NCBI GenBank assembly: GCA_964291265.2
Contig: OZ219747.1
Span: 2,976,001-3,040,000 of the forward strand
Length of the DNA: 64,000 bases
Origin: Alphaproteobacteria bacterium
GTDB taxonomy: Bacteria; Pseudomonadota; Alphaproteobacteria; SP197
Direction of reading: 5' to 3'
Shown: positions 39,646 through 49,387 of the stretch, piece by piece
Position numbering within the stretch: the stretch's first letter is position 1
Layout: the number at the start of each line of letters is the position of its first letter
Translations under genes and position numbers: made by a program
Notes under the pieces: model-generated
Database searches by the model: none
What the model was told of the DNA's origin: nothing
What the model saw: only the letters and a program-made list of their open reading frames with translations

Positions 39646-40833
39646 ATGATGAACTCACCACAAGGCAGGGCCGCGGCGTCTTCCTTTCTGTCCCATGGTT
39701 TCCGGTCATTCTTCGTTGCCGCGGCGCTGTGGGCACTTGTCTCCATGGCACTCTGGCTCGTGACGCTCACTGGAGAACTCGAGTTGCCAAGTGCCTTCGA
39801 CCCGGTGTCCTGGCATGCCCACGAGGCCCTGTTCGGCTATCTCGGCGCGGTGCTCGCGGGTTTCCTGCTCACCGCCGTGCCGAACTGGACGAGCCGGCCT
39901 GCGTTGACCGGGCGGCCTCTGGCTGGCCTGCTCGCACTCTGGATTCTCGGACGAATTGCTGTCGCGGTGTCGGAATGGCTGACACCCCTGGCGGTGGCGC
40001 TGATCGATCTTTCGTGCCCCGTCGTCCTCGTTGGCTACGTACTGAGAGAGGTCCTTGCCGGCAGAAACTGGCGCAATCTCGTGGTGATCGCCATGATCGG
40101 CGTCTTCATCGCGGGCAATGCCCTGTTCCATCGGGACGCTGCCGGGGATGCGTACGCGGCGGCGGGATACGGACTGCGCACCGGCCTTGCCGCCGGCATC
40201 ATGATGATCTCCTTGATCGGCGGGCGCATCGTGCCCGCGTTCACGCGGAACTGGCTTTCGGCCCGCGGCAGCGAGGTTCTTCCGGCGCCCGCGGGCCGTC
40301 TCGACGGGCTGGCCCTTGCTCTCACCCTGGTTGTCCTGGCCATGTGGGTCATGCTTCCCGATGCACCGGAGACGGGGTATCTGCTTCTGGCCTCGGGCCT
40401 TGCGCAGGCTGTGCGGCTCCTGCGGTGGCGTGGCCTCCATACCGGGCGCGAACCCCTGCTCTGGATCCTCCACGTGGGATATGCGTTCGTGCCGCTCGGC
40501 ATGCTGGGCGTCGGCGCCACCATTCTGTGGCCCGATGCCTTGCCGCCGGCTTCGGCACAGCATCTGTGGATGGCGGGTGCGATCGGCGTCATGACTCTTG
40601 CCGTCATGACCCGCGCAACGCTCGGGCACAGCGGCGGGGAACTGACGGCGGATCCGGGGACGGTCGCAGTCCATCTTCTGATTGTGGTTTCGGTGCTTGT
40701 GAGGTTCGCCGGCGGCCTGCTGCCGGAGCATGCAATGATCCTGTGGACGCTTGCAGGCCTCCTGTGGTGCAGTTCCTTTGCCGGGTTCGTGTTGCTCCAC
40801 TGGAAGCGGTTGATGGGTGCGGCACGGGAGTGA
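39646..40833 (+). CDS. nnrS: NnrS family membrane protein
   Basis: GFRSFF, WHAHEALFGY, GFLLTAVPNWT, IGGRIVPAFTRNWL, VMTRATLGHSG. Confidence 0.92.
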   Translation: MMNSPQGRAAASSFLSHGFRSFFVAAALWALVSMALWLVTLTGELELPSAFDPVSWHAHEALFGYLGAVLAGFLLTAVPNWTSRPALTGRPLAGLLALWILGRIAVAVSEWLTPLAVALIDLSCPVVLVGYVLREVLAGRNWRNLVVIAMIGVFIAGNALFHRDAAGDAYAAAGYGLRTGLAAGIMMISLIGGRIVPAFTRNWLSARGSEVLPAPAGRLDGLALALTLVVLAMWVMLPDAPETGYLLLASGLAQAVRLLRWRGLHTGREPLLWILHVGYAFVPLGMLGVGATILWPDALPPASAQHLWMAGAIGVMTLAVMTRATLGHSGGELTADPGTVAVHLLIVVSVLVRFAGGLLPEHAMILWTLAGLLWCSSFAGFVLLHWKRLMGAARE

Positions 40834-41111
40834 GCGGTGGCGGCGCTGCCGCCGCACAGTGGGCCCGGCGCCGGTCACTGTCCGACAGACCACAACCCCG
40901 GCCACTTGCTGTTCAATGGCCCTACAGGCTATTGGGGCATCACCCGCTGCAACACCAGGGTGGCCTTGACTGCCGCGATGCGCAAGCCGCTGGCCGGAAC
41001 GGATGTTCCGCTTCCGCGACCGTGGCAGGTACGGACCGCCGGATGTCCGCACTGTCGCAATGCTGTTGCGTTTGTGGTCGGCTCCCGGACAGGCAGTTGT
41101 GTGCGCGCTCT

Positions 41112-41674
41112 TCAGGGCCAGAGATCGGTCAGGCTGAAGGTGACCGCGTCGAAGGGCCGGATGTTGACCGGCTCGTCGTCCTTTGCGCTTCCGATCAGAA
41201 GCCATTGACCGTTGTTGAGCTCGAACACCTCCAGAGCCCGGTCGGCCGGGTCCACGAGCCAGAGCCAGGAAACGCCTTCGCGGGCGTAGACCGGCCGTTT
41301 CTCATAGAGATCCAGCCTGCGGGTTCCGGGGGAGAGCACTTCGCCAGATCCCAGTCCGGAGCGAAGGTCACGTAGGCGCTGTCCGGAAAGTCCGACATGC
41401 GTTCCCGGCGCCATCCGGCGAGGTTGGGCACGAGGATGTCGTCGGCGAGATGAAGTTCCGGCTCGTCGATGATCCACCAGCCGCCCGGACCGCCGGAGTC
41501 GTAGTCGAAAGGACCTCCGATCTTTGCGCCGAGCGATGAGCTGGCACGTGCGTGGGGCATGGCGGGCCGGGGTTGCGTGTGCAGCGTGCCGTCGATCACT
41601 TCGGCGACCATGTGGCCCGGAGCGTTCAGCACGTCCCGGTCATCGGCGCGGTGTTCCTTTTTCACTGCCTGCAT
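41112..41674 (-). pseudogene. Uma2-family endonuclease, frameshifted near 41350
   Basis: AEVIDG..PRPAMPH...EPELHL..VPNLAGWRRER..APDW in one frame; EVLSPGT..KRPVYAREGVSWLWLVDP in another. Confidence 0.85.
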
Positions 41675-41694
41675 GAGGGGTTGGCTCCTTTCCG

Positions 41695-41820
41695 GAAAGC
41701 GTTCGGTCATGGGGTGACGATGACTGACATGACAGTGACATCTGCGCATTGTCCCGGTTTTCGCTTGGCATTCTCTCAGACGCCATCATCCCCTTCATGA
41801 GCGCGTGACCGAACGCCTAT
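41695..41820. mobile_element. IS66-type MITE
   Basis: Perfect 11-bp inverted ends GCGTTCGGTCA...TGACCGAACGC. Confidence 0.8.
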
Positions 41821-42992
41821 TCGTGCCTGGGCCTGGCGGCCAGCACATCATCAAGGCTCGTGGCCACCAGCACCGCCTCCGCCCAGGCCTCCAGTTCGGC
41901 GGCCGACGCGCCGCGCACCCGCTCGCGGACCGCATCCGGCACATCACCGAAGCGCAAGGACAGTTGACGAAGAAGAAGTTCCGCGAGGGCCTCGCTCCGG
42001 CCTCGTTCGATTCCCTTCTCGATTCCCTTCTCGATTCCCTTCTCGATTCCCTTCTCGATTCCCTCAGCTCTTCCCCTCTCAAGTCCCCTCTGGAGTCCCC
42101 TTTCGATACCCTCGGTTCTTCCCCTTTCGATTCCCTCGGCTCTTCCCCTTTCGATTCCCTCGGCTCTTCCTTTTTCGACCCAGGCTTGTGCGATCGTGCC
42201 CATCAGCACCTCCCAATGGTCCGGCTTCGTCCAGCGCAAAGACGCCTCCAGAAGAGGCAGCGTCAGACCCTTGTACTCGGTCATGTAGCGCACAATATGG
42301 CGCTCGAACGCGCTCCCTGCAAGCAGCCCGTCCATGATCACGTCGAGAAGATCGGGCGGCACCTCCTCGGCAAAGGCAAACCTGAGCGCCAGAAGAGCGG
42401 ACCGCACCTCGGGCGAGGTCGACGGCCGGTCCGGCGCCATCTCCCCGAGGTCGTGCACCACATAGGCGAACTCCCTGACGAACGACTCCAGCCCCTCGGG
42501 CGCGTCGATCATGTCCGGCACCGAGCGCGCCACCGTCCAGCGATCCCGGCCATGGTAGAAGACCAGCGGGATGATCACCGGCAGTTTTCTCCTGTCGCCC
42601 TCGATCTCGCTCCGCCCGATCTCGCTCCGCCCGATCTCGCTCCGCCAGATGTTGACCATGTATCCCAGGAGCTGGAGCGGCGTCGCGGCGTCGACGTAGC
42701 TCTTGTGTTCGAGCAGCACGTAGAGGCGCGCATCTTTGCCGTCCTTCAATCTCACCCGGAACAGCGCATCGCATTGGGTGGTACGGGCGGCCTCGTCGAC
42801 GAAACTGCCCTTGACCGCTTCCAGCGGCGCCTCGAGGTCGAGGAGGGCAGCCACCTTCGGCGGCAGGTAGTCGGTGAGCAGCGAAGCGGCGCGGGACGGC
42901 TCGGAGACCAGATCCCGGAACAGCGCATCGTGCCGGTTCGCCGGAAGTCTCCCGCGCAAGACCCCCGGCGTCTCAACGGGCATCGCGCTCAC
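41817..42992 (-). CDS. Rpn/YhgA-like nuclease, second near-identical copy
   Basis: Almost the same protein as 24785-25963, differing mainly in repeat counts. Confidence 0.9.
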   Translation of the reverse strand: MSAMPVETPGVLRGRLPANRHDALFRDLVSEPSRAASLLTDYLPPKVAALLDLEAPLEAVKGSFVDEAARTTQCDALFRVRLKDGKDARLYVLLEHKSYVDAATPLQLLGYMVNIWRSEIGRSEIGRSEIEGDRRKLPVIIPLVFYHGRDRWTVARSVPDMIDAPEGLESFVREFAYVVHDLGEMAPDRPSTSPEVRSALLALRFAFAEEVPPDLLDVIMDGLLAGSAFERHIVRYMTEYKGLTLPLLEASLRWTKPDHWEVLMGTIAQAWVEKGRAEGIERGRAEGIERGRTEGIERGLQRGLERGRAEGIEKGIEKGIEKGIEKGIERGRSEALAELLLRQLSLRFGDVPDAVRERVRGASAAELEAWAEAVLVATSLDDVLAARPRHE

Positions 42993-43343
42993 GGGCTGGA
43001 AGATGGCTGGTGTTCGTCATGGCGGCACCCTACGCCGAACAGCACCAAGGCAGCAATCGCGGCGCCTGACCCGGGGCCTGCCAGGCGTCAAGACCTCGAT
43101 GACGAAGGCTTCGATGTATTGGTTCGGGATCGGGAGGCCCACGCGCCGGGCGCTGTCGGCGGGATCCGTGGAGGTCAAGGACCGTGATCTCGTCGCCGTG
43201 GACGATGCGGCTTGGCGACGTGATCGGGCTCATGAGCGTGCAAGACGCTCATGACGCGGCACGCGGCGATGACGTCGAAGACCAGGCACCCCTCATCTCG
43301 CTGGTCTGTCGAAGCCGGTCGGTGTGCCGGCCTTCAGGGTCTA

Positions 43344-44303
43344 AGAGTTTGTTCCTAAAGTCGCGGGTAGCCCCAAGCCATGGTATTCCATCAGGTACAC
43401 AACCCACAGATGGAGGGTATCATGGCTTGGAATGGGGCCACCCAGGCGAAGTATGGGCGTAGCGACGACGACCGGCAAAACGATCTGAGCGACGAGGAGT
43501 GGGCACTCATCGAGCCTCTGATTCCGGCGCAGGGTCGGATGGGCCGTCCCCGCACGACGGACCCCCGCCGGGTGTTCGATGCGATCCAGTCCATGCTGGC
43601 ATCGGGATGCCAGTGGCGCCTGATTCCGTCTGATGATCCACCGTTTTCCACGGTTCAGAACTATTTCTATGCCTGGTTACGCAGCGGTGTTCTCGAGCGC
43701 ATGCTGGATGCGTTGCGGGATCATGCGCGTCGTCTGGCGGGTCGCCGTGTTGAACCCACGGCTGCGGTGATCGACACGCAGAGTGTGAAGACGACGGAGT
43801 GTGGCGGTCCTTCTGGCTGTTGATGCGGGCAAGAAGATCAAGGGCCGCAAGCGTCATCTGACGGTGGACACCGAGGGTTCACCGATTGTCCTCAGCATTC
43901 ATCCGGCCGACATCCAGGATCGGGACGCGGCTGTGGATGTGCTTGTGACCCTTCTGGGCAAGGCCCCGGAGGTCTCGCGGGTGTTTGCCGACGGCGGTTA
44001 CGGGGGGCCCAGGCTGCGTGCTGCCCTGGCCCGCAGGGGTTTGCCGGATATGATCGAGGTTGTCGAAAAGCCCAAGGGTATCAGGGAGTTCACCATTCTC
44101 CCCCGTCGCTGGGTTGTGGAGAGGAGCTTTGCCTGGATGGGCCGATGCCGTCGATTGGCCAAGGACTTCGAGCGGCACCGAGGCGAGCTCCTTGGCTTGG
44201 GCGAGGCTGGCGGCGTGCCGGTTTCTCATGCGGCGGGTGGCGCGAGAGTTAAGTGCGTGAATCAAATAACATAACAATATCAATAACTTATGATTCAAAC
44301 TCT
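43344..44303 (+). mobile_element. IS5-family element with frameshifted transposase (43421-~44260)
   Basis: DLSDEEWALIEPL, GCQWRLIP, IDTQSVK, DAGKKIKGRKRH, ADGGY, RRWVVERSFAW; ends AGAGTTTG...CAAACTCT flanked by TA; frameshifts near 43820 and 44180. Confidence 0.88.
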
Positions 44304-44305
44304 TA

Positions 44306-44681
44306 GGCCGAAGTTCCGGACGATTTCAGCGGTGTAAGCATTCCAAGTGGTTGTTCTTACTGTTAGAATGGCACAGCGACAACATGTGAATGTTCCCATG
44401 TAGTGGCAAAACACTCTGTTGACACAGGCGACTGTTGTCCCCATGTACACAGACATCGTTCCCAACCGCATGAGCCCCCCCAACAATCTCTCCTCCTGGC
44501 TCTTGGAGAAGGTCGTAACCCTGCGGCCCTTCCAGGTCACCACGTGGCCCACGACGCTTCAGAAAAAGACCCTGAACAACCTCGGCGTGTGCCTCTAGCG
44601 TTACCAGTAGCGACACACCCGATTCTCTCAAACGTCAATACATTCATGACGATACGTCTGATCGGTGATGGAACTTCGGCT
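44306..44681. mobile_element. 376-bp lower-GC MITE-like element
   Basis: Inverted ends GGCCGAAGTTCC / GGAACTTCGGCT, TA on both sides; absent from the homologous site in copy 1 (~24455). Confidence 0.7.
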
Positions 44682-44698
44682 TAAGGACTCTTCAATCG

Positions 44699-44825
44699 CA
44701 GGTGCTCGATCAAGGGGGCCATGATGAGGGTGCCGGTGGCAACCACCCACCGTCCCGAGTCTCGCCCGCACCCGCACTCGCTCAGTTCCGTGATGCCTCG
44801 ATCACTGCGTGACCGAACGCTTAAC
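44699..44825. mobile_element. IS66-type MITE
   Basis: ...ctcagttccgtgatgcctcgatcactgcgtgaccgaacgcttaac; homologous to 55939-56055. Confidence 0.75.
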
Positions 44826-45160
44826 CCTTTCCGAAAGCGAGACTACATGCCGGTGGGGCCGGTGTCTTCCGTTGCCTTTCGGCCGGACAGTCATCTGATG
44901 ACAAGGCCAGTGCAATCCGAGCCGCAGCGCCCGTTCGGCGTCGGTCATGCGGTCCTCCCCGTCATCCTCGCCGAGACGATGTGGATCCATGCGCAGGCTT
45001 GTCACGGACAATGACAGGCCGGCCGCTTGCTTCGGTGGATGAGCCGGTCGTCGTTGACGATCATCGTGCCGAAGACCGAATCTGGCGCCGAACATCCATG
45101 GCGGCGCCGCAGCGCCACCAGAATCACATGATCAGCCTCACGAGCGGGGTACGGGCAGGG

Positions 45161-46393
45161 TTAGCGGCGAATGAACTGGCGGGCGGCGGCGAAGCAGCCG
45201 TAGGCGATGACGGCGACGATGAGAGATCCGACGAAACCGTGGGGCCCGAACTCATCCATTGACATGCCGACCATCAGCGGTCCGACCATGCCGCCGATCC
45301 CGAAGAGAAGCGAGAAGACGGCGTTCGCGGCGACGAGATCGACGGAGCGGAAGCGCTGTCCGAGCAGCGTGAGGCCGACGGTGAAGACGGCGCCCATGGC
45401 GCCGCCCCAGACGACGATGACCGACCACAGGAGGAGGCCCGGTCTGGTCCACCAGGGCTCGGCGCCGCCATGGAGGAGCCAGGGCAGAGGCCCCAGGCAG
45501 GCTGCGATGACGAAGACGCAGGCGACCAGAAGCCAGCCCCGGTGCACGCGATCCGCCAGCCATCCGACAGGATACTGGAAGAAGATGGCGCCGACCGATC
45601 CCACCCAGATGACACCGTATCCCGTCTGGCGGAACTCCTCTCCGAGGACATCCATGGTGTAGAGGTGAGCGAAGGACTGCAACCCTCCCTCGAGAATGCC
45701 GAACATGGCCGACGACATCAAGACGGTCGGCGCTACCAGGAAGACGATCAAGAGACGGCCGATTCCGGAGTGAGCACGATCCTCGGCCGGAAAGGTGACC
45801 GTGATCCTGCGGGTCGGCAGGAGCAGCATGGAGGTGATGAGAACCGACGACAGTCCGATCAGGAATGGCCAGGCGGTTTCCGGATCAAGATTGGCGCCGA
45901 CCAGGGGTCCGACGGCCCAGCCGGCCATGCCGACGGTGGTGTAGATGCCGAGCCACCGCCCGCGAACGCGATCATCGAGGATCTGGTTGATCCAGGTGTC
46001 GCCTGCGGTGAACAGCAGTGCATTGCCGATACCGAGCAGGAATCGGAGCGCACACCAGGCCGTGTAGTCGCGCCACAGCGGCAAACCGGCGAGCGCGATG
46101 GCGACAAGAAACAGGCCGACGCCGAGCGATCCCAGGACTCCCAGCAGCGGAATCAGGCGGGTGGCGACAAGGGACACGATGACGATGCCAGCGAACTGCA
46201 GCGCGGCACTGACGCTGATCTCGGTTTCGCTGTACCCCCTGTTGCTCAGGGATTCGGCGAGAATGGGCCACACCAGGGAACTCGTCATGCTGACGACCGA
46301 CAGCGCCGCGATCAGCAGGATCAGGCACCGTCGTCTGTCGCCAGGCGACAGGCGTATCTCAGACGTGGTCGATCCGCTGTCTGTCACGGACAT
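45161..46393 (-). CDS. MFS transporter
   Basis: ~12 hydrophobic segments, LRFLLGIG, FQYPVGWLADR. Confidence 0.88.
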   Translation of the reverse strand: MSVTDSGSTTSEIRLSPGDRRRCLILLIAALSVVSMTSSLVWPILAESLSNRGYSETEISVSAALQFAGIVIVSLVATRLIPLLGVLGSLGVGLFLVAIALAGLPLWRDYTAWCALRFLLGIGNALLFTAGDTWINQILDDRVRGRWLGIYTTVGMAGWAVGPLVGANLDPETAWPFLIGLSSVLITSMLLLPTRRITVTFPAEDRAHSGIGRLLIVFLVAPTVLMSSAMFGILEGGLQSFAHLYTMDVLGEEFRQTGYGVIWVGSVGAIFFQYPVGWLADRVHRGWLLVACVFVIAACLGPLPWLLHGGAEPWWTRPGLLLWSVIVVWGGAMGAVFTVGLTLLGQRFRSVDLVAANAVFSLLFGIGGMVGPLMVGMSMDEFGPHGFVGSLIVAVIAYGCFAAARQFIRR

Positions 46394-47060
46394 AGTGCAC
46401 GAAGGGAATGGTGGAAGGCTGCTGTCGTCGCGCCCGATCCTGCCAGCGCTGCCGCGCCGTCGTCAGGGCGATTTCCGTGACGTCGATGATCGGCAGGCAA
46501 AAGGCCTCATCGACAGGCAGCCAATGAAGATCCTCGAGTTCTCCGTCAACGAGCAGGTTTCCCCTGCAACCCGTGCCGTCGGCGAGAAAGAAGCGCGTGT
46601 TGAAACGCCGCGGTGACAGGGTGGGCGTGAGGGCCCGCATGATGTAGTCGAGAGCGGCCACATCCGGCACCATGCCCGCTTCCCGGCAGGCGCTCCAGAA
46701 GGGCGTCGAAGGCAGAGGACTGAACACATCCCCGGATGCCTCCTTCCCCAGAAGATATCCTGTTTCCTCGTGGGTCTCGCGAATGGCAGCCAACGCAAGG
46801 GCCAACGGGGAGATGTTGGGGGTATCGCGTCTGATGGCCAGTTCAGTGTCTGCCGACAGGTGATAGCGGTCGCCTGGAATACACCTGTCGGCAGTATCGA
46901 CACGGCCGCCGGGAAACACGTAGATGTCGGGAAGGAACCGCGCCCGCTTGCGACGCCGTCCCATCAGCACCTCGACCGTATCACCGGCCTCGCGCAGCAG
47001 GACGACGCTGGCCGCATCGCGCGGCCTGGCGGGGCGGGCGGGCGACGAACCCCGGTCCAT
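46359..47060 (-). CDS. NUDIX hydrolase
   Basis: PRDAASVVLLR, VFPGGRVD, AIRETHEETG, RRFNTRFF. Confidence 0.88.
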   Translation of the reverse strand: MDRGSSPARPARPRDAASVVLLREAGDTVEVLMGRRRKRARFLPDIYVFPGGRVDTADRCIPGDRYHLSADTELAIRRDTPNISPLALALAAIRETHEETGYLLGKEASGDVFSPLPSTPFWSACREAGMVPDVAALDYIMRALTPTLSPRRFNTRFFLADGTGCRGNLLVDGELEDLHWLPVDEAFCLPIIDVTEIALTTARQRWQDRARRQQPSTIPFVHYVRDRQRIDHV

Positions 47061-47085
47061 CGAAGACAGATCAGGCAGGGGCGTG

Positions 47086-47349
47086 TCAGGCGAGAAGGTT
47101 GCGGCCGGCCTCGGTCAGCCGGCAGACCAGCCAGTCAGGCTTGACGGGATTGCTGATCCAGGGCTCGGCCCACCCCTGGCGGATGCAGCTTCGTATGGTG
47201 CGGGGATCGACCTCGCGGCCGACCTCGTCGAACAACGGCAACTTGCCGCCGGGCTGGTCGAGTCCCTGCATCAGCCAGCGCTTCTGGACGATCGTCGGAC
47301 GCCCATGACCACCACGATCATCATGGCGAATCTCTCTGGCCAGTGCCAT
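47086..47349 (-). CDS. Small hypothetical protein
   Basis: GGAG RBS; WLMQGLDQPGGKLPLFD...GWAEPW..NPVKPDWLVCRLT. Confidence 0.65.
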   Translation of the reverse strand: MALAREIRHDDRGGHGRPTIVQKRWLMQGLDQPGGKLPLFDEVGREVDPRTIRSCIRQGWAEPWISNPVKPDWLVCRLTEAGRNLLA

Positions 47350-47471
47350 GGCATCCTCCCGTCCGGCACATGACATGATGCAACGCCAGGAGCGACTCGT
47401 CAATCAATCATCTATAACATGACATACCGTATGTAATGATTTCATCATGCACGATATAGTTTGTCATTCTA

Positions 47472-49385
47472 TCAAGATGGGACGAGCGCGTAGACCAGGG
47501 ATCCGTTGGTTGTGTCGCATTCTGCAAGTCTTACATGAACACTCTGACCGAGAGTGTAGCGCGCTCCCCTGCCGTTCAGTGTCTGACGTGATTCCTGATA
47601 GCGGAAAGGACCACCCGGCAGGAAGCGGGCGGGCACCAGCCCTTCGGCGTTGATGGGGCCGGCCCTGACGATGATGCCGAATCGGCCGAGTCCCGATATG
47701 CAACCCTGCATGACGGCATGATCACGGCTCGCAAGCCACCGGGCGACGTAGTGATCGCCTGCATGCCGTTCGGCGCTGACGGCCCTGCGTTCCATGGAGC
47801 CGAGGTGACGGCCCACGCGGTCGAGGTCATCGGGGAGTGTTTCGCCAAGGAGTGCGCGGTGGATCAGGAGGTCTGCATAGCGCCTGATCGGCGACGTGAA
47901 GTGGCAGTACTGGTCGAGTGCGAGGCCGAAGTGGCCGATGTTGCGGGGGCTGTACGTTGCCAGGGCCTGACAACGCAGCACGATGTCCTCGACTGTCTGG
48001 CGTTCATCGGTACTGGCGGCATGTTCGAGAACACGGGCAAGGTCGCCGGGTGAGGGACGGCGGGCCTGAAGGGAAACATGGCCGCGCATCGACAGGAATG
48101 TGCGCAGGGTTTCCAGTTTCTCGTCGCCGGGCCGGTCATGAACCCGGAAGAGGCACTTGCCCCGGGAAGCGAGTTCCCGTGCCGCCGCGACATTGGCGGC
48201 GATCATCAGTTCCTCGATCAGGCGATGGCTGTCCAGGCGGTGTCCGAGAACGATGTCGCTGACATGACCCTGATCGTCGCAACTGATCTTTCGTTCTCTC
48301 CGCTCGATCTCGAAGGCGCCGCGCTGCCGCCGTGCGTCGAGCAGAACCTGAAACGCACCGTAGAGATGGCCGATGAGCCGCTGGGGCAAGCCGGAAGTCG
48401 CGGTCGACGGACGCCCGTTGCGGTGCTCCTCGACCTCGGCGTAGACAAGGCGCGCCCGCGAACGCATCACGGCCCGTTCGAAGCGCCAGCGCCGCAGTCT
48501 TCCCTTGTCCGTGATCCAGAGATGAGCGGCTACGCAGGGGCGCGACGCCCCGGGTTTGAGGGAACACCGGTCATTGGAAAGCGCCTCCGGCAGCATGGGC
48601 ACCACCCGATCGGGAAAGTAGACGGAGTTTCCCCTCAGGAAGGCTTCCCGGTCGAGGGCGCCGTCTGGTCGGACATGGTGCGCGACATCGGCGATGGCGA
48701 CGATGACGTACCAGCCGTCACCGTCCGGCTCCGCAAAGACGGCATCGTCGTGATCCCGGGCATCGTCATCGTCGATGGTGACGAACGGAATGGCGCCAAG
48801 ATCGCTGCGGCCTGCTGCGTCGTCGGCAACCACCTCAGCCTCGACCTCGGCGAGGGCATCGGCCGGAAACTCGAGAGGGATGTCGTGGGCAGAGATGGCG
48901 GCAAGGCTGACGGCGCGGGTATCTCTCCAGCTGCCGAGTGTCCCGGTGATACGGACACGGGGCGGGCCGGGCCGGCCTTCGTCGATGGTCTCCGCCAGAA
49001 CCAGGTCACCATGGCTTGCGGAGTCGACATCGCAAGCTGCCACCGGCCAGGTACGACTTCCGCGCCGGCTGGTGCTGGCGATGAATCGTTTGCGGCCGAT
49101 ACGCTGATAGACCCCGGCCACTCTGGCCGGAGTCGGGGGAAGGACGCGGCGTATTCTTCCATGACGTCGACCGTCGGCCATGCTGTGCCGGACCGAGACC
49201 AGGACAAGATCTCCGGGTCCTGCCGCCGGGGTCCGCCCGCCGCCGGAGGAGTCGAGAACGATGAGTGGCGGTTGACCGCGGCCGGTCCACCGGAGGGGAC
49301 GCGCCACCGGATGGCCGTCGTCGTCGAGGCCAGTGACCTCGACGACGACGTCACGTCGATCATGGTCCCTGGAACGGCGGCCCAT
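47472..49385 (-). CDS. rnr: Ribonuclease R
   Basis: VTIDDDDARDHDDAV, RGNSVYFPD, HFGLAL..YCHFTSPIRRYADL, C-terminal S1 domain. Confidence 0.92.
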   Translation of the reverse strand: MGRRSRDHDRRDVVVEVTGLDDDGHPVARPLRWTGRGQPPLIVLDSSGGGRTPAAGPGDLVLVSVRHSMADGRRHGRIRRVLPPTPARVAGVYQRIGRKRFIASTSRRGSRTWPVAACDVDSASHGDLVLAETIDEGRPGPPRVRITGTLGSWRDTRAVSLAAISAHDIPLEFPADALAEVEAEVVADDAAGRSDLGAIPFVTIDDDDARDHDDAVFAEPDGDGWYVIVAIADVAHHVRPDGALDREAFLRGNSVYFPDRVVPMLPEALSNDRCSLKPGASRPCVAAHLWITDKGRLRRWRFERAVMRSRARLVYAEVEEHRNGRPSTATSGLPQRLIGHLYGAFQVLLDARRQRGAFEIERRERKISCDDQGHVSDIVLGHRLDSHRLIEELMIAANVAAARELASRGKCLFRVHDRPGDEKLETLRTFLSMRGHVSLQARRPSPGDLARVLEHAASTDERQTVEDIVLRCQALATYSPRNIGHFGLALDQYCHFTSPIRRYADLLIHRALLGETLPDDLDRVGRHLGSMERRAVSAERHAGDHYVARWLASRDHAVMQGCISGLGRFGIIVRAGPINAEGLVPARFLPGGPFRYQESRQTLNGRGARYTLGQSVHVRLAECDTTNGSLVYALVPS

Positions 49386-49387
49386 GC

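Larger units (their letters stand above)
41695..44825 (-). mobile_element. MITE-bounded composite transposon carrying rpn, copy 2, with later IS5 and MITE insertions
   Basis: Outer ends GAAAGCGTTCGGTCA and revcomp GTTAAGCGTTCGGTCA; 8-bp direct repeat CCTTTCCG at 41687-41694 and 44826-44833. Confidence 0.8.

Noticed and set aside
40837-41208. 123-aa ORF after nnrS with CPHC
   Set aside because: Overlaps the Uma2 3' end on the other strand, no recognisable family; unsupported
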